Assembly: GCA_951406725.2 (NCBI GenBank)
Contig: OX597825.1
Location: 72,664,001 to 72,728,000 of the forward strand
Origin: Octopus vulgaris
Taxonomy: Eukaryota
Direction: 5' to 3'
DNA length: 64,000 nucleotides
Below are positions 13,372 to 26,974 of this stretch, piece after piece; position 1 is the first letter of the stretch; each line of letters starts with the position of its first letter. The notes under the pieces were generated by a model. The model was not told where the DNA came from, did not search any database, and saw nothing but the letters and a program-made list of their open reading frames with translations. Both the position numbers and the translations under genes were made by a program.

Positions 13372-13909
13372 CCATATACGTGAGGCCGGCTGGGAGAATC
13401 GTTAGCACACCGGAAAAAAAATCTTTAGCGACATTTCTTCCGATTTTACATTCTGAGTTCAAATAGCAACGGGGTCGACTTTTCTTTTTTTTTTATCCTT
13501 TCAGAATCGATAAAACAAGCACTAACTGAGCACTGAGACTGATATAACCGACTGACCCCTTCCGCCTAAAATTACTAGTCTTGCACCAAAATTAGGGAGT
13601 TGTCACTATTATTACATGAGACATTAGTAGGAGTATTCTAAATATAATTCCTGCCAATCATCATGGTTTAATAGCTAATAGCTATCAATTGTGTGAATGG
13701 GTCTTTCAAAGCAGAGGTGTATATCTATTTATGTATGCATGTGTGAATGTTTGAGTCTGGCCGCATACAGTGGGCTTGCAGTATTATCTCACCTTATCTA
13801 CACACTTAATAATGGTTTCGTATCTAAATACTTTAAACTTCTTATTTCAATAATCATATCAACACCATTTCATTGAGTGTACACCCCACTACACACGCAC
13901 ACACACACG

Positions 13910-13977
<68 letters not shown>

Positions 13978-14034
13978 TGTGTGTATGTGTGTATGTATGT
14001 ATATATGTATATATGCATACATATATGAATATAT

Positions 14035-14083
<49 letters not shown>

Positions 14084-14154
14084 ATATAAATATATACATA
14101 TATGTATATGTATACTTCTATGTATATATATATATGTATATATGTATACATGTA

Positions 14155-14187
<33 letters not shown>

Positions 14188-14639
14188 GTAAATATTTATG
14201 TATTCATATGTATATATGTATACGTATATGAATATATATATGTATAAATAATATATATACATATGTATACATATTCATACATATATGTGTGTGTATAGAA
14301 ATATATACATACACACACACGCACACATATTCATACATATATGTGTGTGCATATAAATATATACATACACACACACACACGTGTTCATATGTGTGTGTGT
14401 TTTTGATATTCTAATTAGAGTAAGGAAATTATCTTGCCGTTCTTATTCTACTAAGAAACGCAAATTAAATTAACATATTTCTTTTAGTCAGATATATATC
14501 ATTTCCGGTTAGAGGTGTTAATTTGTATTATTGTGATTTACTGATTTCTATTTGGTTGGAGCTTGGTTGAGTGGCTGGGCGTATTGAAAGGGTGAACAGG
14601 TGAAAAACGTGCAAGGATGTGTGTTTGTGTGTGTGTGTG

Positions 14640-14699
<60 letters not shown>

Positions 14700-14898
14700 T
14701 GTGTCTGTGTTTCTCCTCCTAACATCGCTTGACAACCGATGCTGGTGTGTTTATGTCCCCGTCACCTAGCGGTTCGGCAAGGGAGACCGATAGAATAAGA
14801 ACTAGGCTTCCAAAGAATAAGTCCTGGGGTCGATTTGCTCGACTAAAGGCGGTGCTCCAGCATGGCCGTAGTCAAATGACTGAAACAAGTAAAAGAGT
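14700..14898 (+). mobile_element. SINE family A 3' half
   Basis: Matches the 3' half of 11581-11999. Confidence 0.85.
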
Positions 14899-14922
14899 AA
14901 CGTAGTAAGTAAAATGTGTGTG

Positions 14923-15215
14923 CAGTGGCGGACTGACCTGGTTGCCAGCTTGCCCGGTGGCAATTGGGCCCTTGGGCCATTAGAATCCATATATTGGGGC
15001 CCATGTTAGTATCTAAGGGCTCATTCCTTCAATTTTGAGAATTTTTTATTCACTCCTGGAAGAATGCATTAGTTATTTCAGCTTGGCTGTGTTTATAGAC
15101 AGTTGAAAAGAATACTTTTAACAAAAATAAAACAAATTAAATGATAGCATTGCTGTTTCGGGTGGGTCCCCTTATTCTCCTGGCAACCAATATTCTTAGA
15201 CCCAGTCCGCCACTG
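14923..15215. mobile_element. hAT-type MITE (293 bp)
   Basis: 13-bp perfect TIR CAGTGGCGGACTG/CAGTCCGCCACTG; 8-bp flanking TGTGTGTG at 14915-14922 and 15216-15223. Confidence 0.85.
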
Positions 15216-15277
15216 TGTGTGTGTGTGTGTATGTGTGTTGCTAGCAAAGAGCCTTTATTTCCATATTCACCAAAGAG

Positions 15278-15465
15278 TTACTCTTACTCTTTTACTTGTT
15301 TCAGTCATTTGACTGTGGCCATGCTGGAGCACCGCCTTTAGTCGAGCAAATCGACCCCAGGACTTATTCTTTGTAAACCTAGTACTTATTCTATCGGTCT
15401 ATTTTGCCGAACCGCTAAGTTACGGTTGCCTAGCGATGTTGGGGGGGGGCAAACACAGACACACA

Positions 15466-15518
<53 letters not shown>

Positions 15519-15676
15519 GACGGGCTTCTTTCAGTTTCCGTCTACTAAATCCACTCACAAGGCTTTGGTTGGCCCGAGGCTATAGAAGAAGACACTTGCC
15601 CAAGGTGCCACGCTGTGGGACTGAACCCCGAACCATGTGGTTCGTAAGCAAGCTACTTACCACACAGCCACTCCTG
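15278..15676 (-). mobile_element. full-length SINE family A
   Basis: Reverse complement of 11581-11999. Confidence 0.9.
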
Positions 15677-16141
15677 GTTAATAGGTTATTTGTTGACGTA
15701 TAGTATGTGTATGTGTACCTGAATATGTCTTTGTATGTATATTTATGTGTATGTATGTGTGTGTGTATGTATTTATATATGTATATAGTGTATCTTCTGT
15801 GTATAAAACGACTTAGCACTGTTGATGCTAGGTTTAAAGCTCTACGTAGATTATCATCGTCCAGTCTGCTTCCAGTAGAGTGCTTAAGCAATCTCTGTAC
15901 TTACACAGCAAATATCGGGAAAATTACAATAAACACAAGTTTATATTATTTGTTCCTACGTACGTTTCACTATTGTCTGGAACTCGGTATATTCCAAGTG
16001 TAGTTGGATGCTTATGCACAATGGATCATCAGGGAACATTTTGTTGCATTATTTAACAGAGAAGTAATGTCTAAAGATGTTTAGATAGCGAGGCATTTCA
16101 TAGGCGCATGAGTGGCTGTGTGGTAAGTAGCTTGCTTACCA

Positions 16142-16656
16142 ACAATTTTGCCGCAGTTTTAAAGCTAAAGAAATCACTCATATCTTTTTCGAAGGATGAA
16201 CTACTTGCCTGTAAAGCAATGTTAAAAAAAGACGACCTCAGCATGCAACTACAGACACCACAAGACATCACAGAAAAAATCGAAAAAAAAACCAATTATT
16301 TATAAGACACTCAACCTAAAAGCAAGGCTATGTGAAAAGGTCACACAACAAAATGTTGAGAAATGTTTAAAGCCTATATGGGCCTTTAAAGACAACATCA
16401 CGAGGGGAAAGAAATTTGCCACGATCGAAGTTCGATTCGATAGTGAAGAAAGAGCCAAGGACCTCTCCACAAAGTCCTTCAAATTTGAAAATTTATTGAT
16501 GATCCCTACATACCTTGGCCGTAGGGTCACAAAAATTAAAATAAAGAATGTGCCTCCTGAATTTGAAATAAAATGGCTCGTGTCCGCCATTTGCTACGAC
16601 ATCGAAGACGGAATTCATATTTTGGAAATCGTTGTCTTAAATCCCAATGTTTATTG
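16142..16656 (+). pseudogene. Tx1/L1-like LINE ORF1 fragment
   Basis: Open frame ...ITRGKKFATIEVRFDSEERAKDLSTKSFKFENLLMIPTYLGRRVTKIKIKNVPPEFEIKWLVSAI...; TKIxIxNVPP resembles the Tx1 ORF1 RRM region; frameshift at the A-run near 16290. Confidence 0.65.
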
Positions 16657-16696
16657 ACGTTAAGCTACTTTAACGTCAATAAACATTGGGATTTCA

Positions 16697-17271
16697 GGCG
16701 GCGAGCTGGCAGGAACGTTAGCACGCTGGGTGAAATGCTTAGCGGTATTTCGTCTGCTGTTACGTTCTGGGTTCAAATTCCGCCGAGGTCGACTTTGCCT
16801 TTCATCCTTTCGGGGTCGATAAATTAAGTACTAGTTACGCACTGAGGTCGATATAATCGACTTAATCCGTTTGTCTGTCCTTGTTTGTCCACTCTGTGTT
16901 TAGCCCCTTGTGGGCAGTAAAGAAATAGGTATTTCGTCTGCTGTTGCGTTCTGAGTTTAAATTCCGCCGAGGTCAACTTTGCCTTTCATCCTTTCGGGGT
17001 CGATTAAATAAGTACCAGTTAGCATAGGGTTCGATATAATCGACTTAATCCGTTTGTCTGTCCTTGTTTGTCCTCTCTGTGTTTAGCCCCTTGTGGGAAG
17101 TAAAGAAATAGGTATTTCGTCTGTCTTTACATTCTGAGTTCAAATTCCGCCGAAGTCGACTTTACCTTTCGGGGTCGATAAATTAAGTACCAATTTCGTA
17201 CTGGAGTCGATCTAATCGATTGGCGCTCTCTCCCCAAAATTTCGGGGTTTGTGTCTAGAGTAGAAAAGAAT
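16697..17271 (+). mobile_element. SINE family B trimer (B1+B1+B2) with 13-bp TSD
   Basis: Units restart at GGTATTTCGTC (16744, 16928, 17111); AACATTGGGATTT at 16682-16694 and 17273-17285. Confidence 0.92.
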
Positions 17272-17420
17272 GAACATTGGGATTTATCTGCCCTTGTTTC
17301 ATACCCCCTTTCTCACCCACTCACTTTCCCTCTCTGTCTCAGTCTCTCTATTTATCCCCCTATCTATGTATCTATCTTTCAGTCCCTCGCGTTCTCTCCA
17401 CCTCTCTCTCATTCACTCAA

Positions 17421-17467
<47 letters not shown>

Positions 17468-17889
17468 ATCTCTTCCTCTCTTTCTTCCTCGCCCCTTCTC
17501 TCTCTCACACACCATTATCACCACCACTATCACCACCATCACTACCATCAACATCACCACCAACACCAACACCACCATCGACACATCCAGGAGAAACACT
17601 GTTCCACTGAACCTCACTATCAAACTGATTGAAACTGAACGAATTCAAGATGCACAGATTTCGATACGGGCCATGCATTCAATTATTCATCGAATCGACG
17701 CTCTGCGACTCTCAAATATGTTTACAGATCTCCAATTTAATATATTCGTTCGCGCCAGACTGTCTTCTGTCACACTCAATGACTAAATAATATGTTTATG
17801 AAGAGAAGTACTTCAGCGATAAGAGCGGCAAATGCATGCGTTCCTGTTCGACTTGGCACAGCTTTATTGTCATCAGTATTATGTGAGCG

Positions 17890-18337
17890 TATTTGTGTGT
17901 GTATGCGTGTGTGTGTTTGTGTGTCTACATATGCGTGTATATATACATACATACATATACGTGTGTATATATACATACATATATGTGTGTATATATATAT
18001 AAATATATATATATACAAGACTATATATATACATATATATATATATACAAATATATACATATACATATATCCACATATATATATATATATATATGAATAT
18101 ATACATATATATATATATACATATACATATATATATCTATATATACATATATACACATATATATATACATAAATATACATATACATATATATATACATAT
18201 GTACATATATATATACATACATATATATATATGTAGATCTATATACATATACATATGTAAATATATATATATATATATATGTATATCTATATATATATAT
18301 ACATGTATATATATATGTATATATATGTATATATATA

Positions 18338-18389
<52 letters not shown>

Positions 18390-18546
18390 CATACATACAT
18401 ACATACAAATATAATATGTGCATATCAGTTTTGTTTTGTTTATATACACATATACGTATATATGTGTGTGTGTGCGTGTGTGCGCAAGTGCGTGTGTGCG
18501 CAAGTGCGTGTGTGCGCAAGTGCGTGTGTGCGCAAGCGCGCGTGTG
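17890..18546. repeat. TA/TG/CA compound microsatellite plus short 14-bp repeat (GTGCGCAAGTGCGT)n
   Basis: Direct inspection; similar TA-rich tracts at 898-1026, 3938-4325, 13900-14400, 25150-25510. Confidence 0.9.
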
Positions 18547-18862
18547 TAAAATTGCATTATTCGAACTCTTCTCAAATAAAAACTGTCCTTACATTTTTAC
18601 TGAAGATCAAATATTTACCAGTTCTCCGAATTTTGCAAATATTTCCTTTTTTCAAAGAAAAACATTTTAAATATAGTTTTGTTTATTGTTTCAGATAATT
18701 GGTTTTCCGCTTTCCTTTATTACCAAAAGTATAAATTATTTTAAAAAAATAATAAAGGCATTTAATAATTACAGGCATTTTAATTCTTCTTTAATGAATA
18801 TTTCGACACCTACATACATACATACATACATACATACATACATACATACATACATACATACA

Positions 18863-18894
<32 letters not shown>

Positions 18895-19208
18895 CACACA
18901 ATGTTTCTGCTTTATTTTTTAAATCATATCTTTACCGTCTTGCTTTGTTTTTGTTTTTTGTTGTTATTTTTTCGGGGGTTTTTTTTGTTTGTTTGTTTTT
19001 TTTGTTATTTTTTCGTATTTAGTTAGACGCTTATCTTAACGATCTAAATTCAAATACCACTTGAGCTTGACTGCACGTTTTCGTTTCAACGGATTCGAAA
19101 TAAATAAAATGAAAAATCAGCATCAGATATATATTAGTTGCATGCTAGCTTAATTCAGTAGGCGGAAACTCTGTGGAAGCCCATCTTGTATGCATTTATG
19201 TGCGTATA

Positions 19209-19438
19209 TTTCTTTACTACCTACAAGGGGCTAAACACAGAGAGGACAAACAAGGACAGACAAAGGGATTAAGTCGATTACATCGACCCCAGTGCGTAAC
19301 TGGTATTTATTTAATCGACCCCGAAAGGATGAAAGGCAAAGTCGACCTCGGCGGAATTTGAACTCAGAACGTAACGACAGACGAAATACGGCTAAGCATT
19401 TCGCCCGGCGTGCTAACGTTTCTGCCAGCTCGCCGCCT
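19209..19438 (-). mobile_element. SINE family B1 monomer
   Basis: Full head GGCGGCGAGCTGGCAGAAACGTTAGC through tail GTAGTAAAGAAATA. Confidence 0.9.
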
Positions 19439-19641
19439 TAATGGTGCAAATATATCTGGTTCGCCAGTCCTCAGTCAAATCGCCCAACTCATGCCAGCAT
19501 GGAAAGCAGACGTTAAACGGTGGTGGTGGTGGTGGTGGTGGTGGTGGTGGATGAATGGATGAATGAATGAATGGATGAATGGATGGATGGATGGATGGAT
19601 GGATGGATGGATGGATGGAGGGATGGATGGATAGATGGATG

Positions 19642-19714
<73 letters not shown>

Positions 19715-19717
<3 letters not shown>

Positions 19718-20135
19718 TGTTTCTTTATTAGCCACACAGGGCTGCACACGGACCGGACAGATTACAAAGTAGAGCTTTTCTTTGGGGGGGGGGGAGAGAG
19801 AAAAAAGAGGTGGGTTAGGTTTTCGATCAAAAGGGATCGTAAAAGGGAAAGAAGAAAAAAAAAGGGGAAAAAAGGGAAAAAAACGATCAATAGGGATCAT
19901 GTATCACAGTGTCAAGGTGTAAAGTGTAAAGGGGGAAGCAGATAAGGTTTATCCGTGGGAAGAAAAGCCTACGGAAAAGACCGCGGTAACCTCGGTCAAT
20001 GATGTTACATGTTACCACATTTGTTTGCAAGTAGGTAACCCTCTGTTTTAAATTTTCCGGGTTCATAGGATTATGCTCAAGGTGGCTTCGTCATTCATAC
20101 GTGCCATCCTTGCTACATTCACCCATCTTTGGACT
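19715..20135 (-). mobile_element. Tx1/L1-like LINE 3' end (ORF2 C-terminus plus 3' UTR) abutting (TATC)n
   Basis: Minus strand VQRWVNVARMARMNDEATLSIIL*, then a UTR ending GCCCTGTGTGGCTAATAAAGAAAC followed by TATC repeats. Confidence 0.7.
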
Positions 20136-20171
20136 GAAACATATAAAAGAATATATAAAATTATAATTAAG

Positions 20172-20332
20172 GAGGAGTGGTTGTGTGTTAAGTAGCATGC
20201 TTACCAACCACATGGTTCCGGGTTCATTCCCACTGCATGGCACCTTAGGCAAATATCTTCTACTATAGCCTCGGGCCGACCAAAGCCTTGTGAGTGGATT
20301 TGGTAGATGGAAACTGAAAGAAACCCATCGTA

Positions 20333-20406
<74 letters not shown>

Positions 20407-21024
20407 TGTATATATGTTTGTGATGTGTTTGTCTCCTCCCCCAACATCGCTTGACAACCGATGCTGGTGTGTTTACGTTCCCGTAACTTAGCGGTTCGGC
20501 AAAACAGACCGCTAGAATAAGTACCAGGATTGCAAGGAATAAGTCTGGGGTCGATTTGTTCGACTAAACACGGTGCTCCAGCATGGTCGCAGTCAAATGA
20601 CTGAAACAAATAAAAACCTAATATATATAGGCGCAGGAGTGGCTGTGTGGTATCTTTTTTACCAACTACATGGTTCCGGGTTCAGTCCCACTGCGTGGCA
20701 CCTTGGGCAAGTGTCTTCTACTATTGCCTCGGGCCGACCAAAGCCTTGTGAGTGGATTTGGTAGACGGAAACTGAAAAGAAGCCCGTCGTATATATGTAT
20801 ATATATATATGCGTGTGTGTGTTTGTGCGTCTGTGTTTGTCCCCCTAGCATTGCTTGACAACCGATGCTGGTGTGTTTATGTCCCTGTCACTTAGCGGTT
20901 CGGCAAAAGAGACCGATAGAATAAGTACTGGGCTTACAAAAGAATAAGTCCCGGGATCGAGTTGCTCGATTAAAAGGCGGTGCTCCAGCATGGCCGCAGT
21001 CAAATGACTGAAACAAGTAAAAGA

Positions 21025-21026
<2 letters not shown>
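20172..21026 (+). mobile_element. two head-to-tail SINE family A copies
   Basis: 20172-20615 and 20630-21026 both match 11581-11999. Confidence 0.9.
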
Positions 21027-21059
<33 letters not shown>

Positions 21060-21406
21060 CACACACACACGATGAGTTTCTTTCAGAGGCTATCGTAAAG
21101 GACACTTGCTCAAGGTGCCGCGCAGTGGGACTGAACCCGGATGCGTGTGGTTAGGAAGCTAGCTTCTTACCAACGCAGCAACATACGCTCACACGCATGA
21201 CCACATGCAGAGCCAACAGATTCCCGACGCCACCCTTCTTCCTTCTATTCACTAAAACTGGAAACGACTGACGGAGTCTATATATACATATTGATTGGAT
21301 TAACAGACTGATATTGATTAAACAACACCTACACCATACAAGCTAAACTGTACTGCAAGTCAATGTTTTAATAAAGCTGTTATTTTTAGGTGTATAGATT
21401 GTCAAA

Positions 21407-21478
21407 GGCCCTGTGGCGCAACGGTAGCGCGTCTGACTCCAGATCAGAAGGCTGCGTGTTCGAATCACGTCGGGGTCA
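21407..21478 (+). tRNA. trnW-CCA: tRNA-Trp (anticodon CCA)
   Basis: 72-nt cloverleaf: GGCCCTG/CGGGGTC acceptor stem (two G-U pairs), GCGC D stem, TCTGA/TCAGA anticodon stem with CCA at 21439-21441, GCGTG-TTCGAAT-CACGT T arm; near-identical to metazoan tRNA-Trp. Confidence 0.96.
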
Positions 21479-21484
21479 AATGGA

Positions 21485-21496
21485 TTTTATTTTTTT
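21485..21496 (+). terminator. Pol III terminator for tRNA-Trp
   Basis: TTTT-A-TTTTTTT starting 7 nt after the discriminator base. Confidence 0.75.
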
Positions 21497-21605
21497 ATTC
21501 AAATTAGTTTCTGTATATATACACGTTACGGTCTTTCCTTTTTTTTTTTTACTTATTTCAATCATTGTACCGCGGTCATGTTGGGACAACAGTTCAGTCC
21601 AGACA

Positions 21606-22009
21606 TACTCTTTTACTTGTTTCAGTCATTTGACTGCGGCCATGCTGGAGCACCGCCTTTAGTCGAGCAAATCGACCCCGGTACTTATTCATTGTAAGCC
21701 CAGTACTTATTCTATCGGTCTCTTTTGCCGAACCGCTAGGTGACGGCGACGTAAACACACCAGCATCGGTTGTCAGGCAATGCTAGGGGGACAAACACAG
21801 ACACACAAACATACATACACACACACATATATATGTATATACATATATACGACGAGCTTCTTTCAGTTTCCGTCTACCAAATCCATTCACAAGGCTTTGG
21901 TCGGCCCGAGATTATAGTAGAAGACACTTGCCCAACATGTCACGCAGTGGGACTGAACCCGGAACCATGTGGTTGGTAATCAAACTTCTTACCACACAGT
22001 CACTCCTGC
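21606..22009 (-). mobile_element. full-length SINE family A
   Basis: Reverse complement of family A; flanked by a long direct duplication (see findings). Confidence 0.9.
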
Positions 22010-22551
22010 ACGTTACGGTCTTTTTATTTTTTTTTTTTGTTACTTATTTCAATCATTGGACCGCGGTCGTGCTGGGACACTGCCTTCAACAGCTTAGTCC
22101 AGGCATGGGCAATCTTTTTCGAAAAGAGGGTCACATGTGGCATGGTTCATCATCAAGTGGGTTTCATTACTAAAAGGTCCTTCGTAAACTTTCACCTGAC
22201 ATATCAGAAAGTCCCACGGGCCACTCTTTGTTCACTTTTGGTTTAGTCGAACAAAGAGACCTCAGTACTTTTTTTACAAAATAAAAATTTAAAAGAAAAA
22301 AAGATAAGTTTCAGCTTATTCAATCGGTGTCATTTGCCAAACCGCTAAATTACGGGGACGTAAACAAGTCAACACCGGTTATCAAGCAGTGGAGCGGAGA
22401 CGTTTGTTGGCTTGCGTTTGTTTGCTTTCTGTTGTTTGTTTTATGTTGTTATTTTTGTTGGGGTTTTTTTGTTTTCTTTTCTTGTTGTTCTTTTGTGCTT
22501 TTGTGTTTCTTTTTTCACGTCACAATGAAACAATTTTCGCGGTAGAAAATC

Positions 22552-22597
<46 letters not shown>

Positions 22598-22764
22598 AGC
22601 ACAGACACTCATATCACTGACCTTCATTTTGATCTGCTGTCTCCTTCGAATCACACTTTAAAAGTATGATATAGTTCTACACAATATATGCATCTCTTAT
22701 CTTGTATAACTGTTGCAGTCATTCGACTGCGGCCATGCTGGGGCACCGCCTTGAAGAATATATA

Positions 22765-23073
22765 TTTCTTTATTGCCCACAGGGGGCTAAATACAGAGGG
22801 AACAAACAAGGACAGACAAAGAGATTAAGTCGATTATATCGACCCCAGTGCATAACTGGTACTTAATTTATCGACCCCGAAAGGATGAAAGGCAAGTCGA
22901 CCTTGGCGGAATTTGAACTCAGAACGTAACGGCAGACGAAATACCTATTTCTTTACTACCCACAAGGGGCTAAACACAGAGAGGACAAACAAGGACAGAC
23001 AAACGGATTAAGTCGATTACATCGACCCCAGTGCGTAACTGGTACTTAATTTATCGACCCCGAAAGGATGAAA
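22765..23073 (-). mobile_element. SINE family B1 dimer (5' truncated)
   Basis: Junction at 22945/22946 in the same register as the other arrays. Confidence 0.88.
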
Positions 23074-23074
23074 G

Positions 23075-23480
23075 TCCTGGATGTGAACAATAACGAAGGA
23101 AGTGTCTTCAGACTAAAATTACAGGAGTGAGACAAGCGGATTTCTTCAGGTGTCTGGAGGTTTTCTGAAGAGCATCTCGCTTTTAGTGCTAGAAGGTGAC
23201 TGGAACTCACCTTGAATGCACGTTTGGATTGTGTAAGGCTAGCTGATAGAAGAAGCGATACTAAAGCTTCACAAACCCACTCAGATGTTTCCAAATGTCT
23301 GACAGATACCTACTGAACTTCCCAAATATGCCAATATGGACACGAACGAACTGCACCCAAGTCATCTAGGCAGTATCTGGACAGAGTATTCTGTCGGTCA
23401 AAAGATAAGCGTAGCATTGGTTATCAATTGCCAGTTACACAAAGACCACAAATTTCTTATCTGTACAGTCGACTTAGGTA
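23075..23480 (+). pseudogene. Tx1/L1-like APE endonuclease fragment
   Basis: Frameshifted pieces read DFFRCLEVF, VLEGDWN, LNARLDCV, FQMSDRYLLNFPNMPIWT, SRQYLDRVF: the GDWN and YLDRV motifs of LINE endonucleases. Confidence 0.7.
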
Positions 23481-24321
23481 GGCTTTGTAGGCAGGAACCC
23501 GTTTACTGAAAACTGTACGCGTCACTCCTGGCGCTCCAAGCTTACAGCGGCTGATGATGATGACTATGATGATCGTGGTGGTGGAGGTGGTGGTGGTGGT
23601 GGTGGTGGTGGTGGTGGTGGTGGTGGTGGTGACGACGGAGATGGAAGAGGAATAAGAGGAGGAGGAAGAAGAGGAAAAAGAAGAAGAAGAAGAAGAAGAA
23701 GAAGAAGAAGAAGAAAAAGAAGAAGAAGAAGAAGAAGAAGAAGAAATGGAGGAAGGGGGAGGAGGGGTAGATCTTAGTACTGATGCTGGTGATACTGGTG
23801 GCGGTGATAACGACGGTGATGACGAAGATGACGATGATTGATGATAATTATGATGATGATCATCATCATCATCATCATCATCATCATCGTGTTTATGATT
23901 AGGGTTATGATAATGATGATGATGTTGATGTTTTCATTTCCTGTCATCCATGGCTGCTTGCTGTATTATTATGAATATTCGTAAATATTAGTACAGAGCG
24001 CCATCTTGCTATATTGGCAGTTAATGCGTTGGAGAGTTTGTTTGGTGAGTTGTTTGTGTGGGAGGGAGAGTGTACACGTGTGTGAGTGTATATAGACACA
24101 CGCTTACACACATGCGTATAGGTATATACACGTACCTGTATACATACATAGATGCACACGCACGCATACATGCACACGCATTCATATACATAAAGGCATT
24201 TATGCATGTGTGTGTGCATGTGTGTGTGTGTGTGTGTGTGTGAACATATCGAGATAGATGGATAGATAGATGATAGAGAGAGAGAGAGAGATTGATAGAT
24301 AGAGAGAGAGAGAGAGCGATT

Positions 24322-24411
<90 letters not shown>

Positions 24412-24591
24412 CAGATAAATAGATAGATAGATAGATAAATAGATACATACATACATACATACATTACACACACACATACATACATACATACATGCATACA
24501 TACACACACATACATACATACATACATATAAATAGAGATATACAGATAGTTATACACACACATACACACTCACACACACATATATATATAT

Positions 24592-24722
<131 letters not shown>

Positions 24723-24964
24723 GCATTCCAGAGGTTTGGGGACTATTTTAGGAGAGGCAGCTATAACTCTGTCCTAGATTATTTTTAATCATACCTTTTG
24801 CATACATACACACATATAGCAATACACACATGCATAAATGTGTCTGTATATGTATGCATGCATGCATATGCACACAAATTGTATGCCAGTGTACACAAAG
24901 ATGCATGCATACATACATATATAAAAACACGCATATATAAACGTGTATGTGTATATGTATATAA

Positions 24965-25150
24965 AGTTAATCCAAACATGAAAACACAAAGAGAAAACAC
25001 AACGACGCGAGGACGTGGAACAAGTATAGTGTTATTGGACGCTCAGGAACGGAAAGAAAAAAGGAGGGTCTAACGTTTCGAGCGGAGCTCTTCGTCGGAA
25101 ACATAGGAAAAGGAAAGATCCAGAGAAGAGAAGACAGAAGGAAAAAAATC
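24965..25150 (-). mobile_element. ~200-bp Penelope-like short repeat, copy 3
   Basis: Same sequence, between TA-rich tracts; motif at 25068-25102 reads CCGACGA rather than CTGACGA. Confidence 0.65.
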
Positions 25151-25203
25151 ATATATATATATACATACATATATATATATATAATATATATATATATACA
25201 TAC

Positions 25204-25246
<43 letters not shown>

Positions 25247-25293
25247 AATCGAGAACGAAACCAATTTTGTGTATGTATATAAATATATGTATG

Positions 25294-25354
<61 letters not shown>

Positions 25355-25414
25355 CATACTACATATATATATATATATATGATATATATATACATACATA
25401 CATATATATAATAC

Positions 25415-25482
<68 letters not shown>

Positions 25483-25871
25483 CATACATATATATACATA
25501 TATACATACACAAAATTATTTTGGTTCTCGGTTTTTCTTTATTATTCATGCACGTATTATGCGTGCGTGGGAGTGCCAAATATCACGTTGGCATGTTGTA
25601 GTGATGTGCTTTATGGAATCCTGTTAATACCCATGTTTATATGTATTGGACTGCATAGCACTGAAACTATTCTTAGCAGAGAACTTTGAGCTGAGCTGAC
25701 GGAGCAGACGATGGAGTTGAAAAGACACCGCACGACACGCATAGAAGACACGACGTTTCTCCACGCTACACTCACTTTCTTGCTCCACAACGACCCGGTT
25801 CTAATTCAGCAAGGAATAAACTCTATTACACAGTGGGATGGGTTTTTACTGGTCTATAATCTGCAGCGTTG

Positions 25872-26094
25872 GTGGCAGAAACGTTAGCACGCCGGGCGAA
25901 ATGTGTAGCCGTATTTCGTCTGCCGTTACGTTCTGAGTTCAAATTCCGCCCAGGTCGACTTTGCCTTTCATCCTTTCGGGGTCGATTAAATAAGTACCAG
26001 TTACGCACTGGGGTCGATATAATCGACTTAATCCGTCTGTCTGTCCTTGTTTGTCCTCTTTGTGTTTAGCCCCTTGTGGGTAGTAAAGAAATAG
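25872..26094 (+). mobile_element. SINE family B1
   Basis: Matches 19209-19438. Confidence 0.88.
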
Positions 26095-26381
26095 ATATGG
26101 AACAAAGTGTATAGCAAAATTTGTTCTGGATCTCTCTACTCCAAGTTCGAATCCTGCTGAGGTCGACTTTGCCTTCATTTTCTTTCTTTCTTTTTTCTTT
26201 TTTTTTTTTTGTCTTTTGTAGTTAAAATAGACACAGGTAAAAATGCGTGATTGACAAGGTTGCTTTCCAGCCATATGGTTTTGAGTTCAATCCTAGTATG
26301 AGTCACTATGGATAAGTGTCTTCTACTGTAGCCCCAGGTATTGTGTGCAGATTTGGTAGACAGAAAATGAAACCTCGTCGT

Positions 26382-26437
<56 letters not shown>

Positions 26438-26974
26438 TTTGTGTTTGTCTCCAACCATCGCTTGACAGCAGGTATGGGCTTCTTTAATTCCTCGTAACTT
26501 TGCGGGTCGGCAAAAGAGTCCGATAGAAAAAGTTCCGTCGATTTTTTTTAAACTAAACCCTTCAAAGCGGTGCCCCAGCATGGCCGCAGTCCAGTAACTG
26601 AAATAAGTAAAAGATAAAAGGAAATATATGAAAACGTAGTAATCCAGGATTAGTGGATTAGAAGATGATGAGATTCCAGAACCAGATGTATTTTAGTATT
26701 AGAGAGTGTGGGACAAAATGTCTTGTATCTATCCCAAGTCTCGGTTATTTGAGTTCAAATCACGCCGTGGTGGAGCTTATCTTTTTCCTTTTGGGGTCGA
26801 TAAATAAAGTACCAGACCAGAGCAGTGGATTGGCTGTATTGCTCGGAATCCAAACTGGGTGCCTTGTGTTATTTGTTCCGACTCTTTGCGTTCTGGGTTC
26901 AAATTCCGCCATATCAAAATTAGGCGGTAGGTTTAATCCGTCTCTCTGTTTAACATACCCAACTGGTTCGTGCG

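Noticed and set aside
15978-16038. Minus-strand CTGATGA followed by a TCCA/TGGA stem, a possible hammerhead
   Set aside because: The GAAA box and cleavage triplet are missing; too degenerate to call.
16697-17271. Regularly spaced repeats that could be read as a CRISPR-like array (also 26975-27240)
   Set aside because: Units are whole tandem SINE or minisatellite copies with no unique spacers, no cas genes, and a eukaryotic context.
17585-18800. Possible Penelope ORF remnants either side of the TA tract
   Set aside because: Only vague similarity (RRNTVPLNL, NCPYIF); no diagnostic RT or GIY-YIG motif seen.
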